Position numbers and translations under genes: made by a program | Shown: in pieces, positions 54,675-64,000 of the stretch | Position numbering within the stretch: position 1 is the first letter of the stretch | Layout of the letters: every line of letters begins with the position of its first letter | The notes under the pieces: generated by a model | The model's database searches: none | Seen by the model: the letters and a program-made list of their open reading frames with translations, nothing else | Told to the model about the DNA's origin: nothing | Origin: Octopus sinensis | Taxonomy: Eukaryota | DNA: 64,000 nucleotides | Direction of reading: 5' to 3' | NCBI RefSeq assembly: GCF_006345805.1 | Contig: NC_042998.1 | Location: 186,434,001-186,498,000, forward strand

Positions 54675-54719
54675 GGCCAGAGTTCTTTCGTCACACTCCT
54701 GTGACCGCATCAGTGGTCC
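54675..54719 (-). ncRNA. Minimal type I hammerhead-like motif (Penelope-type), sense to myosin
   Basis: GGACCA-CUGAUGCG-GUCACA(GGAG)UGUGAC-GAAA-GAACUC-UGGCC; A9 replaced by C. Confidence 0.55.
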
Positions 54720-55064
54720 TTTGTTTTCTTCTCACTTATTTGTGTCTCTCCTGATGAAATATATATATATATATACATAAAAATATATATATAAAAATAT
54801 ATATATATAAATATGATGAAATATATATATATACACATATATATATATAAATATGATGAAATATATATATATATATATATGTATATACACATAAAAATAT
54901 ATATATAAAAATATATATAAACACATAAAAATATATATATAAAAAATTATATAAACACATAAAAATATATATATAAAAATTTATATATATATATAAAAAT
55001 ATATATATATAAAATATATATAAAAATATATATATATAAAAATATATATATATAAACATATATA

Positions 55065-55678
55065 AAGTGTGCTGTGCGCGAGAAGACCCGGCAGGACAAG
55101 TGAGTCCACAACCCGTGGCCTTCTACATGGGATGGAGCCAGCCTACGTATGCATACCTTCCCTTCTTGGGACACAAAACTCTACTTGTGAAGACGTGTTG
55201 AGGCAAGTGAGGATCAGAATCGAAATCGATCAATGGAAATTGCGGATGTGCTACCAGTGCCGGTGGCATGTCGAAACTCTGCTTGTGAAGACCCATTGAG
55301 GCAAGTGAGGATCAGAATCGAAATCGATCAATGGAAATTGCAGATGTGTTACCAGTGCCGGTGGCATGTAAGAGAACTTTCCGTTTCGCAACCGTTGCCA
55401 GCACCGCCCCGTTTCGTGTCCGTTGCCAGCCTCGCCTGGCCCTCGTGCCGGTGGCACATTAAAAGCACCATCCGTTCGTGGCCGTTTGCCAGCTCTGTCT
55501 GGCACCAGTGCGGGTGGCACGTAAAAAGCACCCACTACACTCACGGAGTGGTTGGCGTTAGGAAGGGCATCCAGCCGTAGAAACACTGCCAGATTTGACT
55601 GGGCCTGATGAAGCCTTCTGGCTTCACAGACCCCAGTAGAACCGTCCAACCCATGCTAGCATGGAAAACGGACGCTAA
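55065..55678 (+). mobile_element. RTE 3' UTR copy with an internal tandem duplication
   Basis: Same tail family; duplicated block at about 55180-55370. Confidence 0.78.
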
Positions 55679-56170
55679 AAAAAGAAAAAAATAAATAAAT
55701 AAATATATATATATATAAAAATATATATATATAAAAATATATATATATAAATATATATATATATAAAATATATATAAAAATATATATATATATAAAAATA
55801 TATATAAAAATATATATATATAAAAATATATATATAAATATATAAAAAAATGTGATTAAATACAGTACATAATACCTTCAAAGTATCAAGAAACAGGTTT
55901 CATTTACCTTGCAATGAAACAGTTATTTAAAACACAATGCCTCCATTGTAATAAGCCTTACAATGAAAAGTTAGGTTTCAGACATTGAAATAAGAGCAAA
56001 GAAAGAGATTTCTAAGTATTTACATTTAAAGATAAAAACTATTTTCTAAATGTATCCAGATTAAAACTTATAACATAAAACACGTATATTTATACTGCCT
56101 ATACAAAGTGAGTTTTTGGATCAGGTTTGTGAAATTATCAATTCCAAATCAAACCTATACGAACATCACT

Positions 56171-56464
56171 GAGAATGCCCTGGACATCACTGATCATGCC
56201 CTGGACATCACTGATCATGCCCTGGACATCACTGAGAATGCCTTGGACATCACTGAGAATGCCCTGGACATCACTGAAAATGCCCTGGACATCACTGAAA
56301 ATGCCCTGGACATCACTGAAAATGCCCTGGACATCACTGAAAATGCCCTGGACATCACTGAAAATGCTCTGGACATCACTCAAAATGCTCTGGACATCAC
56401 TCAAAATGCTCTGGACATCACTCAAAATGCTCTGGACATCACTCAAAATGCTCTGGACATCACT
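56171..56464. repeat. 21-bp minisatellite, 14 units
   Basis: Unit approx. GAAAATGCCCTGGACATCACT (ENALDIT in frame). Confidence 0.95.
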
Positions 56465-56479
56465 GAATGGTCACATGAT

Positions 56480-57990
56480 CTATTAGAAATTGCAACCAAA
56501 TCTCCCTCAAACTAACTTATCTTGGATAACGTTGCTCAGGGCACACTTATTAACAAAACAAGGTAAAAAAAGGACAGGTAGACAGGAAACAAGATAGTCA
56601 TTACAGCTTTAATGTTTGTGACCATAGATCTGCTTATTCAAGCAGATCTATGGTCAACAACAAATTTTAATCAATGATAAATATTTCCTCTTGAACAATT
56701 TCCTTGAACTGCTGCTGGGTTATGGGTATCATGGTTTATAAAATAAAAACGACACTGACAATTCTAATATCATTTGTTCTTATTTATTGTATCAAAATTT
56801 TCATAAAAAAGTATTCAAACAAATTGATGGCTTCCTGTCAGGTTGTAATTATCATGGTGTATGCTGATAGTTCCCTCCGACCCACATGATCAACTCTAGT
56901 GTGCCACAGGGTTTAGTTTTGTCTCCCTCCCACACACTTTCTCCCTCTCTCCCCCACTAAATATGATTTAACTCTAATAATACCCATTCCTAAGCAGATG
57001 ATGCAACTCAGCATTGCTCCTTAACCTTCCACACCCAAGTGTCACACATAAAATCTACAGAGTTCACCCCAAACTTACACCAACTCTAAGAACAGGGACC
57101 TTGAAAATATCTTTAACCTTTTAACGTTCAGATTACTCTGTCAAATATAATGCTTTTTCATTCACATTGTTTTGAATTAATCCTGCATTATCTTGTAGCT
57201 CTGAGAATTTGATGATGCGATGGTTTATTTTGAGGATGTCATTGTAGGATATGAGTAAGAGGCCAGATCTAGATGGTTTGAACATAAAAGTAGAAAATCT
57301 GGATATGGCCAGTTTAAACCGGATGTGGCCGGTTTAAATGCTAAAGGGTTAAATGGAGTCATGTCAATCTTACCTAAAACTGCAAAAACACAATCATCAC
57401 GCTTCATCAAAAAACCACCACAACCACACCACATTCCATGAACAGCACTGACCTGAGAACCCTTTTGCTGGCCTTAAATGTTAGGTCTCCCCATTACTGA
57501 GGATCTCTCCTGGCAAAACACACATCCTCAACAGTGCAAAGAATGTATCCAAACACTGACCACCCTCTTCAGAATCAGAAAATATCTCAGCCTTTGATAA
57601 TTACTAATCCTCTACGAAGCTCAGATAAGATTCAAGATTCCAGTGAAGAACTGCTCCCATATTTGAGACAGTGCTGTTACTACTCACACACACCCATTGA
57701 TATCCTTGACAACATTTAAAGAAAGGGCTACTTTACTGATTAGCCTGAGTCATTCACAAACAACAACAGCACACAAAGATGTACAGCTCATCCCGCCTCT
57801 TTCTCTCCCCCTGCTATTACTATTATAATAGCATCTGCTCCTTTCAGCTCTAACTTGTTGAAATCTTTCCTATTCACATTGTGCAACCCCTCTGCATTAA
57901 CTACAAGTTTTTCCTCCTCAGAATATTGCATTCCTGGAATACCTCTCCAGCACTTACAACTGTTCAAGAAGAACAGAAATGAAATTAATA
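56480..57990 (+). mobile_element. Heavily decayed CR1/L2-type LINE RT region
   Basis: NSSVPQGLVLSP (~56890), *ADD in place of YADD (~56990), and LDNI..KA and SWNTSP remnants; many stops. Confidence 0.65.
57117..57348. mobile_element. piggyBac-type MITE
   Basis: TTAA on both sides; imperfect CC(C/T)TTTA TIRs. Confidence 0.75.
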
Positions 57991-60900
57991 TTATCAGTGT
58001 CAAAGGGCCTGCAGAGGACATAGGCACAACATTCCTTCCTCCAGCTCAAACCAATAGAAAATAAAAAGAGAGAAAAGAAAAAACAATATTTTCACATTGT
58101 GCTTTCTTAATAGCTATGAGAGGAAATTAAAAACACCTCTAAAGTTCAATGAGCCCCATACATAATTTCTGATTATATAATAAAGTTTAAGACACGATCA
58201 TTACTAAAACTTGTTAAAGTTGAGAGAAATTCTGATCACTTCCAATACAGAGAGTTTAAAATGGAAGAAGAGGGCAAGACCAAAAAGGAAGAGGGATAGG
58301 TATTCTGGAGAGTACTTCACAGCATGCAGTTTTGATCAAACCAAAATATTTTCATAAAACCAAGAAGAGAAAGAAACAAAAAATGGACAATATTTACACA
58401 GTTCTTTTTATGAATTATAAAATAATAATAATATATATATTTAGAGGTTCAGAAGAAATTTTCTATGGGAGTGTTGAGTGTCTTACGGTGGTATCCAGTC
58501 TGTAAACCTACAACATACAGTGAGTGAAACAAGGCTTTTTAGACTCCACAAAGGTTCTATGCAGGTTCAAATGGAACTCTATGAATGAATATACATGCAT
58601 AGACAGTGTGTGCACATGCAAACATGTCTTGATAGTGAGTGGACTGTTATGGTGTAAGCCTGGGGATATTTTCATCGAGATCTTGGGTACTAAAATCTTA
58701 AAAGATTTCTTGTTATACATGATAGGAAAATACAAGGTTAAAAATACCAACTCCTGGGAGGGAAAAACTGATTATTTAAGCACCACAATGAGGATACCAC
58801 AATGCTTTCTACAAAATAAGCTACGGGTAAGGTATCTTACACACTCAGACATTATTATAGTGTTACATTGTTAATGCCTTTGGGAAAGGCACCAACATTG
58901 CAACTTTCTATCTCCCTTCCTCTAAAATACGGAACATCATAATATACAAAATTATGATTATTATCAATCATAATTGCAGTTGATTTATTATCATTACTAT
59001 TATTATTGATAGTGATAGGTTCTTTAAATGCTTTTCTTAATAAAACCTATGTAAGAGAACTGTATCTTTTTAAATATATCTATTACACTGGGCAAAAAAA
59101 AAAAAAGCATCGCTTGTCTGTTTCTTGAAATAAAGAGATATTCCTCAATAAGATGCTTTTTTTAAAACTTCATATACCAGATCTAGATGAACCAAATTTG
59201 TGAGGGTCGAAAGATAATGCTATGCATTTTCTTTGTTTTAAAACAAACAAAAAATTTTAAAAGTTGAAGTAAAAAATAAGGTAAAATTTGAAAAGAATGA
59301 AATAAATCTGAAAAAATGAAATGAAAATTCTTTTTAATAAACTTCTACTCTTTGTTTAATGATTGGAAAAAATGACATCTTGCAAAATGAAAGCATGTCA
59401 GTGTCAGAGATAACATAATGCAGCATTATCTTTTGGAGAAGGCAGAACTATTTTGTATTACTGTGACAGCATTGGACAATGATATCATCAGTGCAAGAAG
59501 GAAGGATTTTTTTTTTTTTTTTACTATAACAAAATTCAAAATAAGCAAATTTCTCTCTGTTCAGGGACCGATATGAATTGTAAGATATAAAGGCCCACTG
59601 AAGACTAGAACATAAACCAAGCAACTAGGATTGCATTTAGTTATTTTACTACAAAAATTAAGAATAAATGAGTCATGCAACAAAAAAATTAAAAGAAAGA
59701 AAAAAATTAATGAAGAGGTTAAGAAAGCTTGGTGTGTGGCAATGGCAGCCACAGGTAACAAGAAAACCAGAGAGTTGGTTACCTTCCCATCAGAGTTCTG
59801 CAGCAGAGTAGAAGGCAAAAAAAAGTTTAAGAAAAATATAAAATAAATTTCAGTAAGAAAAGGGGAATGAAATATGGTATGAGGTTTCAAGATTAAGTCA
59901 CAGATTGCTGTGCCTATGGGTTGAAATAGGATTGTTCTTAGTACAGCCCAAAACTCTTAAACAATGTATTTGGAATATTATGGCCAACTCCAGAAACTTC
60001 GCTTCAGGTTAGAAAATTCAATATAGAGTTTAAATATCTAAGATAATCACATTATTAAGCATGGTCAGAATTACTGTTTGATCTACAGCAGTTAGTCACT
60101 ATGTGCTTCAATATTATTTTCTATTGGTGGGAAAATTAGCTGCATGTATAATCAGTACATGCAATCACCCTTAGTCACTATGATGTAGGACTGGACTTGG
60201 TAATGTCAAACAAGTTACCATCATCATATTAATCATAGCCAAGTCTGTTGTGGGTGATTTCATAGACAGGACAATGACTACTCAAGGTATTATTTGTCAT
60301 CCAGCTGTTTCTTGTGGTCATATTTGAGTTTTTTAACCCATTTGTAGACTGTCCATAACAGCAAAAACTTGTTCTTATACTATGTTAAAAATCTTCAATG
60401 ACTTTTGGCTCTTGATACTTCTGGTCAGAGTAAACAGATCACTAAATGATGTGTGAGCAAATAATTTTCCCATAAACAAAAAAATAAATTTCGAGGACAA
60501 TTAATAATCTGACTTCATAATTAAGATATAATTTCCAATTTCCTCGGTCATCTCTACATTTCTTTTATTGTATAAAAATAGAAAACATTCCAATTGGAGC
60601 AGTCCCATTTTATATTTTGACAAGTTTCAAATCATGTAGCTATTACTAAATTCTTATCTGATTGAAAAAAAATCTCAGACTTTCTTTAAACAATTAGCTC
60701 GTTAACTGGTAAATCATTTTTAAATAATTATATTTTATATAGAAATTTTTAAAATGATATTTCTGGTAACTGAATTATGAATTTTAATCCAGGTTTGAAT
60801 CCATTAAGTTCACAACCAGCTAGAGTGATAAATATCAGTTTTTTAAAAAATATTAATAAAAACGGTGCATTTTTGTCGGTCACTATCATTAACTCCAAAT

Positions 60901-63164
60901 CAATTTATCCAATTTATCCAAAATCAAAGAAAAATTTTTTTAAATCAATACCAAATTTATCAAATGTGATTTAAAAAAAAAAAAGAAAGAAATGAAATGA
61001 AATTTAAAGTTTAATTGAAAGAGTACTGATTGTACATCTAAACAGAACAAAAAACAAAAAATTATATGGCAGTAACTTTTAAAATTTCCTGTCAGCAATT
61101 AGTCTACGACTGAAATCAAGAAAGACTATTTTAAGTTTATCACATAATGCTTCTGATATAAAGTTCTTACATTCTAGTATAATATGATAAATTAGTAGAA
61201 TTACAGTATCGAAAAAGTTAAATCAGTAATCTCTAATCCACCCAAGTGTGCAGCAATCTGGACATTGATGCAGTCAATTCCTTCAATAAGTGATTACCCT
61301 AAATTGATTAAGCAATAATTGGAAACAAAAAAAAAGAAAAAAGAAAAAAATGGGTTAAAGTTACTTCCACCATGGACTAAGCTTGTAATTGTTACTTTGT
61401 GCAAAAAGAAATTCAAGGTGACCAAAAGAGAAGATTATTCATCCAATATGATTTTTTTATGATTTTATTAAAAGACCATTAAAACTGTAAGCTCCCTTTC
61501 AACTGCTTTTAAAGATGCTGTGGTGAAGATTATGTTGAAAAATGTAAGCTAATAATTATAGGGATAATTCAAGTTAAGAAATTATTAGATGTATAATCAA
61601 GTATTATCGCTGAAAAGATTGTGTGGGGATAGCAGGGAACCATGCAGCTGTGTGTATGTATATGAAGACAGAAAAATTTGAGCAAAATTGAAAGTCAACA
61701 GAAACCATAACTGCGATTAAAAAAGCTTGTTATTTGTATATTTTCAAGTCTTCTTCAGAAATAAAAGCCAAAGTAAACAGCATTTGGAAAATGTAGAAAG
61801 TATATTTCTTTCTGTTTAAAAAGAAATAAGCAACTGCACAATTGCACAAAATTACAAATGAAAAGTAGTTTACTTGATTATGTTAATCAAAGCAAAATAT
61901 GTAAATATTAACAGAATACATATGTTCATTCTATTAAATTCTTCAAAGGTGTTAAACGTAAAACAATTTAACTTGAATATCAAGAACAAACATGAATAAG
62001 TGAACATTTTTACTTTCTCAAAATGCAATTATAAGAATAAATTTTCAAAACAAGTTTAAAAGGTTTATAGTTGTGTAGTAAAAATACTAAATATTTTCAA
62101 AATAATGTTATTTCCAAATTAAATAACATTAATTTAAGAGTATACCAAAATTTCAAATGTTCCCAATGGTTCTTAGAGTTGAAATTATGTTAATGGTAGC
62201 TCACACATCCCAACTAATAGAAAAAAAAAATCAAATGTTTTATTCTAACAGCCTTCAAGACAAATTGAGAGAGGAGAGCCAGTAATCACTGGGAAACTGG
62301 TCATCGTGAAAAAAACATTTCAACACTAACACAAATTGATACAGCTACCCAGATGGAAACTTTTTTTTTTTTTTTTATCAACCATTTTCTCTTGTTCTTT
62401 CCTATCTTTAATTCTAAAGTCCTAATCAGCCATTTGTTTCAACAGTACAAGTTCAAAAATGTATTGGTGTGAGCAAATATTAACAACATTGTTTTAACTA
62501 TGAGGAAATAGTGTCTGAGCTTTCGAGATCAACAATTGAATTCTCACATAAAGATCAGGTTATAACAAATATTCAATAGAAGGGGAAGCAATGATAACTG
62601 ATTACCTAATTATAATCTTGGCACATTGGAAACTAATTAAATGAAATAATACCCACTTACTATAGTATGGTATCATATAGGGCAATTTACCAAATACATA
62701 CAACAGAAAACAAATATTACAAAGATTGAAATAAACACAAAATATTCACTAAATAAATTTCTTTGACTTACAAAAGAGTTCTATTTGCACTTCATCTGGG
62801 CAGTACTGAAGTTCTTTCAAATGAATCATAACATTAACATAACTTTACCACTAATTTTTTGATTTGGAAGATATTTTCAATTGTTAATGTCAATTCTTAT
62901 GGTTAACTACTTTTCCCAAAACTAATCAATCATCTACGCTGAAAGTATTTTGCTTTATAAAACATTACAATACAATTTAAGGCATTTGGGTCAGCAACTC
63001 AACTTTTGTGCTGTAGCTTTGATCAAATATTTCAGAGTAACCAATGCTAACATTTACTGCACAGGACATGAAAAGAAACTAGTCAGAACATTATGTCAAA
63101 GTTCATGAATAGCTTTCTTGCCATAGGCATTTCAACTTTACTATAATGTCTGTCTTATAAAATA

Positions 63165-64000
63165 TTAGGTTGTCTCAGATGAAATGTCGCATTTGAAAGG
63201 TAACAATAAAATGTTTCAGAAGTGTTAGAGAACTGATTTATTTAATCAAAGTAGGATCCTGTGATAAACTGTCTGAATGCTTCAATTACCTCTTTATTTA
63301 AGAATGTTTTATTGCTTATTAAAAGCTCAAAATGCTTAAATAAGAGATGATCAGTAGGATAGATATAAGGGGAATAAGGAGGATGTTGCTGAATCTCTTA
63401 ATTCAGGCTTTGCAACTTTTTGACCGTAGCTTGAGGAGTGTGAGGACGTATATTGACGTGGAGCAAAATTGGGCCATCTCTATTCACTAGTCTGGGTTGC
63501 TTCTTTTTCAAATTCTCATGCATACAATCAATTTCCTGGTAATACAATGTTGCTGCTACCATTTTCCCTTGTTTCAAAAATTAATAACGAATAACTCCCT
63601 TCGCAGACCACCATACAGAGACCACTAACTTTTTAGGGTGTAATGGTGGATTTGGGTAGTGTTTAGGTTGACTCTCCTGCATCTAATCACTGTCCTGTTC
63701 TCCTGCTGTTGTCAAACAGTATCCATTTTTCATCACAAGTAATGGTATGATGCAAAAATGGTCTTTTTCCAGTCGAGAAAGCAGTAAGGAGCACACTTCA
63801 AGGTGTCTGTTTTTTTTTTTTAATTTCGTTCAGTTGATGTGGAACAAACCTATCAGTTTTCTTGACTTTTCCAATTTTTTACAGGTGTCCAAAAACAGTT
63901 GTGCGAGATGTCTGGAGTTCTGATGAAAGTTTTCAAACTGTTGTTCTTGGATTTTGTTCAACCAAAGCATTTAATCCATCATGCCAAATAACTGACATTG
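63165..64000 (-). mobile_element. Decayed mariner (Hsmar1/cecropia-like), runs off the window
   Basis: Minus strand HL*KIGKVKKTDRFVPHQL, TCDEKWIL, NRDGPILLHVNIRPH, HPPYSP; TA-TTAGGTTG TIR-like end at 63163. Confidence 0.82.

Larger units (their letters stand above)
54187..55850. repeat. Cluster of degenerate (TA)n/(TATAAA)n arrays hosting several retroelement ends
   Basis: Arrays at 54187-54317, 54757-55065 and 55690-55850. Confidence 0.9.

Noticed and set aside
54710-55059. YI-repeat ORFs
   Set aside because: (TA)n arrays.
57788-58027. Minus-strand ORF as a candidate upstream myosin exon
   Set aside because: No myosin similarity; it is the antisense of the decayed LINE 3' end.

Overview
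AT-rich, repeat-dense eukaryotic genomic DNA. The repeat families look like those of a coleoid cephalopod, probably Octopus (inference from recalled repeat families). The dominant feature is a minus-strand non-muscle myosin II heavy chain gene (zipper / MYH9-10-14 family). I traced 27 exons from 53688 down to the TGA at 12254. All have GT-AG boundaries and consistent phases, and total 4464 nt (1487 aa plus stop). They cover the C-terminal motor, two IQ motifs, the coiled-coil rod and a short acidic tailpiece. The N-terminal motor exons were not found and presumably lie beyond the window. Introns and flanks hold a near-complete irritans-type mariner, decayed mariner and Tc1 copies, RTE and CR1/L2-type LINE fragments, several tRNA-derived SINE families, two Helitrons, piggyBac-, Mutator- and Tc1/mariner-type MITEs, a solo LTR, minisatellites and foldbacks. 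The most notable unexplained signal is a set of six minimal type I hammerhead-ribozyme-like motifs of the kind found in Penelope-like elements. Three lie on the myosin sense strand inside introns (18296-18346, 32084-32121, 54675-54719), with unrelated stems and different bases at the core 3-8 positions. No CRISPR arrays, rRNA or true tRNA genes were found.
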